A stretch of DNA of 64,000 nucleotides from Thermoplasmata archaeon (GCA_023256475.1 JAGDXP010000022.1:9929-73928); one strand, 5' to 3'. Positions 1 to 10,211 are shown, counted from the first letter of the stretch. Made by a program: numbers and translations. The notes: generated by a model from the sequence alone, not told the origin.

Positions 1-1
1 A

Positions 2-514
2 GTGATGCTTGTGACATTACTGGCATCTTCAATACTCATTTTATTGGAAATAAAATTATACATACTTATCTCAACATTTTTGACGGGTCTCATTTTAATA
101 TCAATAGTTAGAACTATAAATCGGAAAATCAATTTTGGATTAAAGGTTTTAACAATTGGTATATTATTACAATTGGCAAGCTTCTTGGTTTTATTAATTT
201 CCATGGGAAATCTGAATTTTGAGATGCTATTACTGTTGACTGCTTTAAGTAGCGCATCATCAATAATGTTAAGTCTTTATATGGGCGGAGTAAAGAAATA
301 CGATTCCACGATCTATGAATTATATTTTTCAATGTGGACCATGATGTTTCTAGTGTTGTTATTGATAACGCAGTTATTAGCTTATACCCTCCTAGGATCG
401 ATCCTAGAATCTGCATTAATTATTCTCTTGATTTCCATACCTTCAATGTGGATATCAAATCTTTATAATCTAAGAGCCTTTAGCCTTATTAGATTTGAGA
501 ATGATACTTATTGA
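2..514 (+). CDS. polytopic membrane protein, 3' part (probably truncated by the left window edge)
   Basis: Frame is open from the window edge to TGA at 512-514. The product is almost entirely hydrophobic helices with no motif I recognise. It converges on the next gene and overlaps it by 45 nt. Confidence 0.35.
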   Translation: MMLVTLLASSILILLEIKLYILISTFLTGLILISIVRTINRKINFGLKVLTIGILLQLASFLVLLISMGNLNFEMLLLLTALSSASSIMLSLYMGGVKKYDSTIYELYFSMWTMMFLVLLLITQLLAYTLLGSILESALIILLISIPSMWISNLYNLRAFSLIRFENDTY

Positions 515-2431
515 ATCCCTGACATCATGGAATCTAATGTTTTCATAGGGACAGGCCATGATACAGGAGCCAGAACCAACGCATTTTATGCTCTTGAAGT
601 AACCTCTTTTAATTAATTGTGCAGGAATATCACTAATGCCAACTTCACAGGCGGTGACGCAATCTTTAGTTGGGCATTTATAACATTGCATGGGGTCTGC
701 TGCAACAATTTTAAACAACCCCAGGTAACTTATCAATCCTAGCAGCGTTCCAGTGGTACACCACCCATATCTTCTGCAAGGCGACATGCCCACAAATGGT
801 ATAGATATGAAAAAAACGTACCATAACAAGTTCCAAATCAATAATGAGAAAGCAACTGATGGATCAAAATCCAGATGAATGAAGTTCAATGAATTGAGAA
901 AGCTGAGTACCGCACTTAATATGAAGAATATCCACGAAGTTGAAATAAAGAGCATTGCTAGGTTGGAGAACCTGGAGCCTAGGTTTTTCTTACTAAGCTT
1001 GGTAGCGTAATTTAGTGATACCATAGATTCTCCCAAAGTTCCACCGTACATAACGGCAGATGGACACAGAGTGCTGCAATAGCTCCTTCTCCCAAATAAA
1101 AATGCGAGAATGGCATAAACAGCATAGGACAGAAGCACTGGTAGCAATACGTATTTGGTTAAAGGGCCAGCCGAACCCACATTAGCCCATAAGGGAAGCC
1201 TATTCCATATGGGCACAAAATTAGGTCCATAAACCGTGTAAATTAAGTATGCAACTATTGCCAGCGAAAGGTTTATTCTCTTCTCTCTCCATTTTATTTT
1301 TTTGATTCTGAATATGACCAACGTGATCATTTCCGTACCCATTACCAGCAGAAATATGTAAGAGCTGGTTATAGTGGCAATGAACAGCAGTGAATCTAAG
1401 GGAATGGAGCTTATATTCCAATAAGGAATATTGTTTTCAATCAAGAAAACCAAAGCATCTATACCTGTTCCCTGGACAGTAAAGATTCCTGTTATGATAT
1501 CTAACGATGCGGAGATTAAAACTTCTGCCAGAAAACTCGAGAATAAGAGATAGAATAGCCATGATCTTCTTTTGCCCCATGATATAGAAACGGCAGATCC
1601 ATACTCATGAAATATCAGATAGAGAAATATGATCATGAAAGTTACCATTATTATAGAGAAGATCATGAAACCGGATGGAAAAGTCATGCCAGTAGAATAG
1701 TAAATAAAAATTCCCACTGCTGATAACAGCATCATGGTGAATGAAAAATCTATTATTCTTTTGGTTCTTGTTAAAATGGTGTTTTTATTTGACGCAACTA
1801 TTTCAAATTCTATGGCCATAGTTATTATCATCAACACGGTATCCACAAGCAACAACCATTGCTGCAAGGTCACGGAACTACTTGGGAGGATTAGCATCAT
1901 GAGGGCTGATGTAAGCAATGAAAATCTCTCTGTAAATGTCAATTTTTTTAATACGGGGCCCAGAAGCATTTCACCTGCCATGGGTATTAGGAAGTAGGGT
2001 GAACCAACCGATAATATGAACGAGTTGAGATTTAGCTTTGAGCCACTAAGCTCAAGGATGTCCAGGGACATAAAGAGTTCTGCAATTACAATTAGCGCTG
2101 AGAAATAAAATATCATGTAATTTCTATGCCACGGGTTCCTATTGTTTATAAAGATGAGCAGAACTATGTATGAAAACATGGGAAACATTACCAGGTTAAG
2201 TAGGACAACAGAATAGAGAAACGTCATAGGGGTGGAGAGATACCAGGCCAGGGATACATACATATCCAGCATCATGAATAGGAGGAAATTGAATATGGAA
2301 TATCCAAGGGAGGCCAATTTACCATAGACATGGAAGTATTCGAAACTGAGTGTTATTGCCATCATGCTTGAAACCAATATGATGTTTACAATCAGGGTAT
2401 CCATTGGAAATATCACCTCATGTGGGTACAA
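470..2431 (-). CDS. membrane-integral iron-sulfur protein: ~400-aa polytopic N-domain, NapH/NosR-like Cys-motif core and C-terminal 2x[4Fe-4S] ferredoxin domain
   Basis: 653 aa with many TM helices. Membrane-proximal Cys motifs are GRRSYCSTLCP and SPCRRYGWC. The C-terminus carries two ferredoxin-type clusters, CYKCPTKDCVTAC and CVGSGSCIMACP. It overlaps the upstream CPBP gene by 14 nt. Confidence 0.7.
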   Translation of the reverse strand: MYPHEVIFPMDTLIVNIILVSSMMAITLSFEYFHVYGKLASLGYSIFNFLLFMMLDMYVSLAWYLSTPMTFLYSVVLLNLVMFPMFSYIVLLIFINNRNPWHRNYMIFYFSALIVIAELFMSLDILELSGSKLNLNSFILSVGSPYFLIPMAGEMLLGPVLKKLTFTERFSLLTSALMMLILPSSSVTLQQWLLLVDTVLMIITMAIEFEIVASNKNTILTRTKRIIDFSFTMMLLSAVGIFIYYSTGMTFPSGFMIFSIIMVTFMIIFLYLIFHEYGSAVSISWGKRRSWLFYLLFSSFLAEVLISASLDIITGIFTVQGTGIDALVFLIENNIPYWNISSIPLDSLLFIATITSSYIFLLVMGTEMITLVIFRIKKIKWREKRINLSLAIVAYLIYTVYGPNFVPIWNRLPLWANVGSAGPLTKYVLLPVLLSYAVYAILAFLFGRRSYCSTLCPSAVMYGGTLGESMVSLNYATKLSKKNLGSRFSNLAMLFISTSWIFFILSAVLSFLNSLNFIHLDFDPSVAFSLLIWNLLWYVFFISIPFVGMSPCRRYGWCTTGTLLGLISYLGLFKIVAADPMQCYKCPTKDCVTACEVGISDIPAQLIKRGYFKSIKCVGSGSCIMACPYENIRFHDVRDSISIILKSNKAKGS

Positions 2432-3026
2432 GAATGGAAGACAAAGCTGGTGATAGAGCTGTAATTAATGGAAAGTATGCCCATATCGCATAATGGATTA
2501 TTATTGAAGGATACAGGCTTTTAAACTTTAAATCTAAAAGGGAGTACATTAACCCCATAGAAAATATTGATGTTATCATTGTTAAATTATATGGAAATGG
2601 AAAAGCCATGAAATTGTTTAATACCACAAATCTTGAATAATACATAGTATAAATTGTTGATGTGAATATACTCTTTGAGACTATTCCCTGACTTTTAATT
2701 TTTACAGATAAGAATCCTCTAAAAATGGTCTCCTCGAAGAGTGCAGGATAGAGGAGAGAAGAAATAGACGTCATTATCCAGCTTCCATTTTTCGTAAATT
2801 CAAGAACCAATGGAGTTACGCAAAATAAAGTTAATAGAATTAACAGTAAAGTAAAATTCTTAAAAATATCTTTAAAATCCAAAACAAATAATGGAAGTGC
2901 CAATAGAAATAGAAGCAAGGATGAATAAAAGAGGAAGGAAACCGGATAAAATGTGAAGATAAACTGATCTATTAAAGATACGATCATTAGCAACCCATAG
3001 ATGTATTTTAGGGGCACATTATACAT
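2418..3026 (-). CDS. CPBP-family (CAAX/Abi-type) intramembrane protease
   Basis: 202-aa polytopic protein. It has the family motif EETIFRGF (EExxxR) and a distal His in IIHYAIW. Confidence 0.7.
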   Translation of the reverse strand: MYNVPLKYIYGLLMIVSLIDQFIFTFYPVSFLFYSSLLLFLLALPLFVLDFKDIFKNFTLLLILLTLFCVTPLVLEFTKNGSWIMTSISSLLYPALFEETIFRGFLSVKIKSQGIVSKSIFTSTIYTMYYSRFVVLNNFMAFPFPYNLTMITSIFSMGLMYSLLDLKFKSLYPSIIIHYAIWAYFPLITALSPALSSILVPT

Positions 3027-3073
3027 TTAAGGAAACTAAAAAGATTAAAATATAATTAATTATTGTTTAGTCA

Positions 3074-3799
3074 ATGGATCAAGAGATTGATACAGGTAGG
3101 AGAAATTTCCTTAAGGGTCTCGCGTTATTATCCACTTTGGCAGTGGCAGGAATGGGTCTGAATACGGCCCTAAGAGTTCTATCTCCGCCGCCACTTGGCA
3201 TTTCTTCATTCCCAACATTGAAATTGGTTGATAGCAACGGTAATCCAGTGAAAGCATCATCCATCCCTTTGAATAGCCCCAGTGCTCTTCAGTTCAATTA
3301 TCCGCTTCAAAATACACCAAATTTCCTGCTTAATATAGGCGATAGCAACGGTAACCCCATAAAAATCGACTCTGTGGAGGTATTGATTCCTGCGACAGGA
3401 GAAAAATATCAATCCTTGCCAGGGGTAGGTCCAAACGGAAGTATAGTTGCCTACAATGCCATATGCCAGCATCTGGGTTGCATTTTCCCGGAGCTTAGGT
3501 TTTATCCCGCAGGTGTGGAATCAGTAAACATTCAAGGGCAGCAGCTTTCCAACGTGATTCATTGCCTCTGTCATGGAAGCACTTACGATCCTGTAAAAGG
3601 TGCTTCAGTAGTAACAGGTCCAACCACACACCCGTTGCCACAGGTAAAGCTTAACTGGGATTCCAGTACAGATGAATTGTATGCTAGCCTAATGATCGGA
3701 CCGGTTATTTATGGAAGGCAATCAGATCTGGTGGGAGAGGAGCCAATCTCTGGGAATACCACTACAGTCGTAAACGTTGGGAATCCCTTTATTTCTTAA
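3074..3799 (+). CDS. Rieske [2Fe-2S] protein with twin-arginine signal
   Basis: Tat motif GRRNFLKG followed by a hydrophobic stretch. Rieske boxes CQHLGC and CLCHGS are present. It lies directly upstream of cytochrome b. Confidence 0.85.
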   Translation: MDQEIDTGRRNFLKGLALLSTLAVAGMGLNTALRVLSPPPLGISSFPTLKLVDSNGNPVKASSIPLNSPSALQFNYPLQNTPNFLLNIGDSNGNPIKIDSVEVLIPATGEKYQSLPGVGPNGSIVAYNAICQHLGCIFPELRFYPAGVESVNIQGQQLSNVIHCLCHGSTYDPVKGASVVTGPTTHPLPQVKLNWDSSTDELYASLMIGPVIYGRQSDLVGEEPISGNTTTVVNVGNPFIS

Positions 3800-3805
3800 A
3801 GAAAG

Positions 3806-5425
3806 GTGATATCTATGAGGTTTGATATTAGAAAATGGATACAGGAGAGGGTTCATTTTAACGAGTTACCACTTAAGCCAAGCCCAGACTATATGAGGAA
3901 ATGGGGAGGTAAATGGTACTGGACAGGTGGCCTGATAACAATTGCATTCTTCTACGAGGTTATAACGGGACTTATACTTTTACTTTATTACAATCCTTCT
4001 GATCCATATGGTGCCACTCAGTACGTATTGACACAATTGCCATATGGATCATTATTACTTTCAACACACCTGTATGGGGCATATGCCATGATAATTCTTG
4101 TTTATGTACACATGTTCAGAAACTATTTTGTTGGAGCTTATAAAAAGCCAAGAGAACTCCAATGGATTACCGGTGTAATTCTCCTCGCATTGACCTTGGG
4201 TGTAGGGTATTTCGGTTACTCTTTAACTGGCGATGTCCTATCATACGATGCGCAGGATGTAGGAGAAGGTATAGCTGGTTCGATTCCGTATATTGGTCAT
4301 TGGCTGGTTACTATCGGGTTCGGTAACGGAACACCAACAAGCTTATTTTCTAGATTCCTTGGTTGGCATATTATATTCGCAGGCCTGATATTCCTATTAT
4401 TTGGAGTTCATTTCTTCATGGCAGAATCAAACGGTATGATGCCTCGTGGAAAAGACGTTAATTATAAGGTGCCAGCAGTAATCAAGGACTATTCAAATGC
4501 CAAACCCTGGTACCCCTATAATTTTCTATATATGATAGAACTGGGATTATTCGCTATAGGTTTCATAATATTTGTTCCAAGCTTTTTGGGTCTAATTCCC
4601 AATATTCCTGTTCTTCTATCCCCATTCCCGGGACCTGCCCCAACCAATATCCTTGCCTCGACAATTCCACCATACCCTCCATGGTTCCTGTTGTTTATTT
4701 ACAAAGCAGTAGATTTCGGCTTCTTCGCTTATTCGCCCATAGGTGCACTGGAGGCTTCAATCATCTTTGGTTTGATACCTCTTGTTTATCTCCTATTGGT
4801 TCCTTTCCTGGACAGATCAGATTCTACACATCCACTGGATAGGCCATTTTTTACATCTGTGGGAATACTCAGTATCGTTTATTTGATAATTCTGAGTCTA
4901 TGGGGAGCATTTACTCCCGGAATTATCATAGCTCCATCCCAGGTTCTTGTAGTTTTAGTTCCACCTGCAATTATAGTTTTTGCAAGCGTTTACATTATAT
5001 CCAGAATATGGAAAAATGGCGGATTTGTGAAGGCTGAAAAAACAATGCCATTGTCTATAATAGCATACGCTTTGATCGGTTCCTTGGTTTTCTATTTGGG
5101 GGCAAAGGGAATTTCATCACTTCTACACGGGTCGAATTTTATATCTGTTATGTACACAGGCACCTCGTTATTGGCTGCACCCGTCGCTGTAATGGGAATC
5201 AGTAAATCAATCGATAAAACTGTTGATGCAAAAATGAAGGGTCTGGGCTGGAGTTCAATCATTGCAGTCCTTGTTATAACACTTATTGTTTGGATCTTAG
5301 CATATTATGCAATAAGAATGAACCCTGTATCTCAGGCACAACTGTTCGGTATGATACTGGGAACTGCATTTATACTCACCGGAACTATAGTGGCCATATA
5401 TAGAAGGATTATATATGGTGAATAA
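3806..5425 (+). CDS. cytochrome b, long SoxC/SoxN-like form with extra C-terminal TM helices
   Basis: Two His-x13-His heme-ligand pairs (HLYGAYAMIILVYVH and HIIFAGLIFLLFGVH) plus the PPWFLL region typical of cytochrome b. The start may be GTG 3806 or ATG 3815. Confidence 0.8.
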   Translation: MISMRFDIRKWIQERVHFNELPLKPSPDYMRKWGGKWYWTGGLITIAFFYEVITGLILLLYYNPSDPYGATQYVLTQLPYGSLLLSTHLYGAYAMIILVYVHMFRNYFVGAYKKPRELQWITGVILLALTLGVGYFGYSLTGDVLSYDAQDVGEGIAGSIPYIGHWLVTIGFGNGTPTSLFSRFLGWHIIFAGLIFLLFGVHFFMAESNGMMPRGKDVNYKVPAVIKDYSNAKPWYPYNFLYMIELGLFAIGFIIFVPSFLGLIPNIPVLLSPFPGPAPTNILASTIPPYPPWFLLFIYKAVDFGFFAYSPIGALEASIIFGLIPLVYLLLVPFLDRSDSTHPLDRPFFTSVGILSIVYLIILSLWGAFTPGIIIAPSQVLVVLVPPAIIVFASVYIISRIWKNGGFVKAEKTMPLSIIAYALIGSLVFYLGAKGISSLLHGSNFISVMYTGTSLLAAPVAVMGISKSIDKTVDAKMKGLGWSSIIAVLVITLIVWILAYYAIRMNPVSQAQLFGMILGTAFILTGTIVAIYRRIIYGE

Positions 5426-5450
5426 AAAATTAATTTTTTTTAATTAAAAC
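5426..5450. terminator. T/A-run between convergent genes (possible bidirectional intrinsic terminator)
   Basis: The sequence aaaaattaatttttttttaattaaaac, with an 8-T run at 5434-5441, fills the whole 25-nt gap between the cytochrome b and radical SAM gene ends. Confidence 0.3.
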
Positions 5451-7136
5451 TTACGCATGAGCCAGTTGGCTGACAGATGTAAATTCTTTTCTTGTTTCTA
5501 AACCATATCTTTTTACCTTTTCAATATCTACTCCCTTTTTCTTTGCTATGTTTTCCACAACCTTCATCATCAGGAACCCTCCCATAGATATTATGGAACC
5601 CGTACCTGCCCTGACGAAGAAGTTGCCTGCACCCTCATCGTATCCTCTTCTTGCTGCCATCCTTGCTAAGTGTCTATAGGATGCATAGTAAACAGCCAGC
5701 TGAGCTTCATTTAAGAGATCCATGCTTAATTTTTTGGCTGTTATTCTACCCATAGGTACATTCTGCAAGGGGGTTACAGTGAATTCAAAATCCCTGCCAC
5801 TATCTATCTTGGAGTATGAAAGCCTATTGATCATCGCAACGGTATCCCACAGGTCTTCTTCTGTTTCGTCTGGCTGTCCAACCTGCAGTGTGAAAGCACT
5901 CCTCCAATAGTACTTAGTTTCATTGTAGACTCCCTGCCATACAATTTCCTCCCATGAGCCGTCCACTCCGATCCTCAAAGGCATGGTTTTATTGGGCATG
6001 TGCTTTTTTGCTAATATTTCTGAACCTGTTTCTAAGCCAGTCTGAATCCCAATCCAATTATCCGGACCTGCCCTCATGATTTTTGACAACTTTTCCAGGA
6101 GTTCGGGGTACGCTGAGGGTATTGAGATTCTCCCATGAGTTGGGTTTGTACCAGTTACGCCAGGTGTATCCATAATATTTTTAAAAAGGGCTATCAGTTC
6201 GTCCTCATTGGGCCTAAAGAAGTTATCGTGTTTATAGCCCCAAATATCATCTGAATGTACCCATACGTGAGTGACACCGCCAATCTTTAGATTAACTTCA
6301 ATTTCTTTATCTATCATTTCCTTTGTATAATATCTGAGAGGCCTAAGGGTAACCTCACAAAAATCACACCCTATCCCGCATCCTCTCATAACTTCGATCA
6401 TGCCCTTTACGCTCGGATTAACAATTGTTGGAATTTCCTCCAGCTTTGGATACAATTTGCCAGTCATAGCCCTTGAAATTATCTTATCATCGCTTTTTAG
6501 ATTCCTCCTAAATTTATCGTCGTAATACATGTAACCTCTGTAGAATGTATTGGAATCTATGTTATCTTCAGCAACCTGCTGGAATAAATCGCCCACTATG
6601 TCGTCTGCTTCACCCATAAATGCATAATCTATGTTTTCCCTGTCCAGCTCCTCTCTCATCTGGGTAAATTCTAGAACACCAGGCCCTCCTACAAGCAGTT
6701 TGGCCTTTTTGCCTTTCCTAGCATTATTTATTCTGGTTATAAGATCTTCCCACTCTTTTCTTACCCAAGCGTATGGCTCCCCTCCAAATAATACATAATA
6801 GGACATGGTTGTGGGGCCAAGACCTAATGGATCCATTGTGGAAACTCCAATTACCTCAGTATCATCTGTAATGGCTTTTTCCAGAAAGTCAGGATGAGCA
6901 ACGTAAACAGTATCCTTTGATACCTTTTTCAAGAGCCCGGCCTCCACCTTTCTCAATGCATAAGGAGCATAGAGTAGCTCCCCGTTGGGAAGAGGTGGAA
7001 ATGCTGGTCCTTTTAAGAAATTGTAAATAGCCCCAGGTATTTTATCCACCGGAGCGCATGGGAGAAAATCCAACAGTGGAAATTCCCTATATCCATGAAT
7101 TAGAGTTGTATCTGAAATGAGTACATATTTTGCCAT
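5451..7136 (-). CDS. B12-binding-domain radical SAM protein (function unassigned)
   Basis: 561 aa. The radical SAM cluster motif is CGIGCDFC (CxxxCxxC). An N-terminal Rossmann-like region lies where class-B enzymes carry the cobalamin-binding domain. A GGTGAT Shine-Dalgarno sits just upstream of the ATG. Confidence 0.8.
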   Translation of the reverse strand: MAKYVLISDTTLIHGYREFPLLDFLPCAPVDKIPGAIYNFLKGPAFPPLPNGELLYAPYALRKVEAGLLKKVSKDTVYVAHPDFLEKAITDDTEVIGVSTMDPLGLGPTTMSYYVLFGGEPYAWVRKEWEDLITRINNARKGKKAKLLVGGPGVLEFTQMREELDRENIDYAFMGEADDIVGDLFQQVAEDNIDSNTFYRGYMYYDDKFRRNLKSDDKIISRAMTGKLYPKLEEIPTIVNPSVKGMIEVMRGCGIGCDFCEVTLRPLRYYTKEMIDKEIEVNLKIGGVTHVWVHSDDIWGYKHDNFFRPNEDELIALFKNIMDTPGVTGTNPTHGRISIPSAYPELLEKLSKIMRAGPDNWIGIQTGLETGSEILAKKHMPNKTMPLRIGVDGSWEEIVWQGVYNETKYYWRSAFTLQVGQPDETEEDLWDTVAMINRLSYSKIDSGRDFEFTVTPLQNVPMGRITAKKLSMDLLNEAQLAVYYASYRHLARMAARRGYDEGAGNFFVRAGTGSIISMGGFLMMKVVENIAKKKGVDIEKVKRYGLETRKEFTSVSQLAHA

Positions 7137-7220
7137 GTTATCACCTTAATTGTTTTTATGATATAACTTTAAATTTAAAAGTTTTATGTATTGGTTGTGG
7201 CATTTTATTCGCTCTAGATC

Positions 7221-8234
7221 TTATTCATTCCGCTTTTCCATTATTATTACGAATTCGAAATTATTTAATTGGTCCGGATCTGGCCTTAATTTTACTTCTG
7301 AATCCTTCCTTAGAGCAAGCACAACAGATTCGTCCTTTTCATAATATTTATATATATCTCCAATTTTTTTAGAAATAAGTTCATTAGGTATCTTCTTCTC
7401 TCTTATTCTGTAACCGTCCTCCGTTCTCAACAATTCATAAAATACCCTGGAAACTCCTGGAGAAATGGCGGCATTGGCTATTATCAAAGTACTCATACTT
7501 CCTTTTACAACGACCTCCTCTATACCTGCCTCCTTTGCATGAACTGAATTTTTTTCCATGAGTAGAGACGCAATTATGTAAGCATCCTTCTTCTCTCTTT
7601 TAATTATCATGGCATTTAATATTGTTCTGGCGTCAATATCCATGGGATTCCCTTCTCTGCTATGAGGTAAAATTATTATTTTTGAGGCGTTTCTTATTCC
7701 TGCCCTATCAAGCGTGTCTGTGTTTGTAGGATCACCCTTTACAAACTCATAAACACAGTCTTTTAGATTTGGGTCAGAATCTGCGATTAATGCTACATCA
7801 TAATTAGATTCATTTAGCTCCTTAATTATGTAAGAAAGATTTTCATCCAAATTTATAATAATTACATGATCCTTCATTTTCAACTTCACCTCTCCTAATT
7901 TCTTAGCAAATTTTACATCCATCAGATTTGCTGCCAAACTCGCTGTAAAATAACCGAGACTTCCAATACCGAAAATCATAATGAATATTGCATTAAGCCT
8001 ACCATAGAATCCTACGACGGGTGTATCACCATAACCGACCGTGGTCACTGTTTGCATAACCCACCATAATGAATCAAATAATGTTTTGATCCCTGACCCG
8101 GGCAAGTTTCGTTCTAAATAATATTCTGAAACGGTTCCATAAGCTACCACACCTAACGCTACTGCGGCTGCTCTGTACAATGAATCCTTAAGCAGCGTCC
8201 TGAACCTCTTGATAAAGACTAATATCGGTATCAA
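7221..8234 (-). CDS. potassium channel with C-terminal RCK/TrkA-like domain
   Basis: Selectivity filter TTVGYGD sits between two TM helices. It is followed by a Rossmann-like segment (HVIIINLD...) of RCK size. Confidence 0.8.
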   Translation of the reverse strand: MIPILVFIKRFRTLLKDSLYRAAAVALGVVAYGTVSEYYLERNLPGSGIKTLFDSLWWVMQTVTTVGYGDTPVVGFYGRLNAIFIMIFGIGSLGYFTASLAANLMDVKFAKKLGEVKLKMKDHVIIINLDENLSYIIKELNESNYDVALIADSDPNLKDCVYEFVKGDPTNTDTLDRAGIRNASKIIILPHSREGNPMDIDARTILNAMIIKREKKDAYIIASLLMEKNSVHAKEAGIEEVVVKGSMSTLIIANAAISPGVSRVFYELLRTEDGYRIREKKIPNELISKKIGDIYKYYEKDESVVLALRKDSEVKLRPDPDQLNNFEFVIIMEKRNE

Positions 8235-8267
8235 TCAAGCCCCTAATATTATTCGTGAATAAATATT

Positions 8268-8924
8268 CTATTTGCATTCTTCAAAAGCTTCTTCCATGAG
8301 CTCCATTAAAGATTTGGAGGCATCATGAGATATTTTCGTTGCAGGTCCTGAATAGGTTATCTCAGGATCCATTCTTCCTGATACAATTGCCATTACATCG
8401 GTAAATGTACCGGTTGCTGGCAAATCGGATTTAGAGCTTTTAATTCCATGGGATATAATGAAATATGATTTTAACTCAGTCAGAGATTTATAAAGATCCA
8501 TCATTGCGATGGATGTAAGCTTGTTTTTCAGGATTACAATAATATTGATAGTTCCAAATCCAGGAAAGCCAAAATTATCTAATGGATTCGAGGAATTATC
8601 AAGGCCCATGGAAAGAAAAACATGAGAAAATTCAGAACCTATATAATGAAAATGATTAGGAAGAACAGCAGTCATTAGAGCTACAGTATCGGCGGGTAGC
8701 GATCTATCATGTAGGATATTTTCAATGTATTCATGAGGGCGTCCTCCACAATCCTTTTTCCCATTTAGAGAGTGATTGATAACAATAGAGGAATAAGTTA
8801 ATCCGCCATTATAAAAAGCATTACTTAAAACCAACGATCTTGGGAATTTTATTATGAGTGTATCGTAATCCAGATTGGCGGAAAAGCTATGGCCTTTGAT
8901 GATATCTCCACTCTTGATTTTCAT
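8268..8924 (-). CDS. cbiZ: adenosylcobinamide amidohydrolase-like protein (CbiZ family)
   Basis: 218 aa. Motifs NAFYNGG, MTAV, GTINIIV, LTELK and ATGTFTD match the CbiZ pattern as I remember it (NGG, GTIN, TEAK, TGTxTD). ATGA overlap with the upstream EamA gene. Confidence 0.5.
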   Translation of the reverse strand: MKIKSGDIIKGHSFSANLDYDTLIIKFPRSLVLSNAFYNGGLTYSSIVINHSLNGKKDCGGRPHEYIENILHDRSLPADTVALMTAVLPNHFHYIGSEFSHVFLSMGLDNSSNPLDNFGFPGFGTINIIVILKNKLTSIAMMDLYKSLTELKSYFIISHGIKSSKSDLPATGTFTDVMAIVSGRMDPEITYSGPATKISHDASKSLMELMEEAFEECK

Positions 8925-9790
8925 CCTTTAATTCCTCCTATGTTTGATATTGCAATCCCGGATATTATTAAAGCACCACCAACTAGTAGCATGGGTGATA
9001 ATGGCTCCCCTATCATAATAGCTGCTGAAAAGACGGTTATGAAGGGAGTTATATACAAAGTAATTCCGGCGATTGAAGGTTTGACATATTTTAAACCATC
9101 AAACCATAAGAGATAACCTAGAAAAGTTGCCCCTATCCCTAAGAACAGTATTGAAAGTATTGAATAAGTTTCACCATGTACCAGAGCAACCAAAGATGAA
9201 AACCCAGCCAGGGGAAAGAGAAATGCCGTCCCTATAATTGAAGATAGGGAGGTTACATGAAGTGAATCATGCCTAGACAATACACTTTTTCCCGCTATGG
9301 TGTAAATTGCCCATGAAATTGCTGCGAGTATTATGAGTATTACATAAAACATTTTTCCGCTTCCAATATCTGATGGCTGTATTAGTATGATAAGACCCAC
9401 CGTGGAAAGTATAATACCCAATATAGGGGGTATACCAAGTTTTTCATCACGCATGGCTAGTGATAAAATATAAATAAAAATGGGCTCGGTAGATACGATA
9501 AAGCTGGAAGCACCGGCACTTACTCCGCTCTCGCCCATGATGAATAGTGTTTGATAAAGAAATACTCCCGTGCCCCCAAGTACTATCAAAATCAATATTT
9601 CTCTGAAATTATATTTTTCCTTCTTAAGGAAAATTATGGGAATAAAAAATATAGATGCCACAAAAAATCTCAGAAAAGCCACTTCAAAGGAGTTCATGTA
9701 TTCAAGGGCAATCTTTAACACCGTGTATGTAACTCCCCATATAACAGAGGTCATCAAAAGCTCAATAAATCCAATGAGGCTTCTCTGCAT
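8921..9790 (-). CDS. EamA/DMT-family transporter
   Basis: 289 aa with about 10 TM helices in two similar halves. The overall pattern is typical of EamA-domain permeases. Confidence 0.7.
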   Translation of the reverse strand: MQRSLIGFIELLMTSVIWGVTYTVLKIALEYMNSFEVAFLRFFVASIFFIPIIFLKKEKYNFREILILIVLGGTGVFLYQTLFIMGESGVSAGASSFIVSTEPIFIYILSLAMRDEKLGIPPILGIILSTVGLIILIQPSDIGSGKMFYVILIILAAISWAIYTIAGKSVLSRHDSLHVTSLSSIIGTAFLFPLAGFSSLVALVHGETYSILSILFLGIGATFLGYLLWFDGLKYVKPSIAGITLYITPFITVFSAAIMIGEPLSPMLLVGGALIISGIAISNIGGIKG

Positions 9791-10211
9791 CCATATGTAA
9801 TAACTTCATAAATAAAAATCTAAGTGAGTATTTGTCTACATAAATGAAATTGAATCTCTCATCAGGTTTCAGGGAAAAACACCGAATGTTTTTAATCATT
9901 GCATGCCGCTTAAATTAAAACCCGTTATCCATCTCAACCATAAACTGAATCGTAAATAAGACGTGATTGATCAGAAATCAAGTATAATCCATGTGGAATT
10001 AAATAGCTATTCTATCAAGGATCAAGATTTCATGTCATTTTTCGAAGGAACCTCGTCCAGACAGGGTTAAATTAAATGGAATTGGAATGATCTATTTAGC
10101 CAGATGATTATACCAGGGTATCTTAATGAATGATATGACCATTTTTGACCTTCCATAAACTGTATGATAAAAATGCTAAATAGATTTATGCGCAATTTCA
10201 ATTTACTTATC

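Noticed and set aside
9985-10010. Shared motif AATCC..TGTGGAAT..TTAAAT between this gap and 27445-27470, and a shared 12-mer ATTTCGAATTGA at about 44615 and 61473
   Set aside because: A rough estimate for this AT-rich composition gives hundreds of chance 12-mer matches in 64 kb. The motif orientation relative to flanking genes is also inconsistent.
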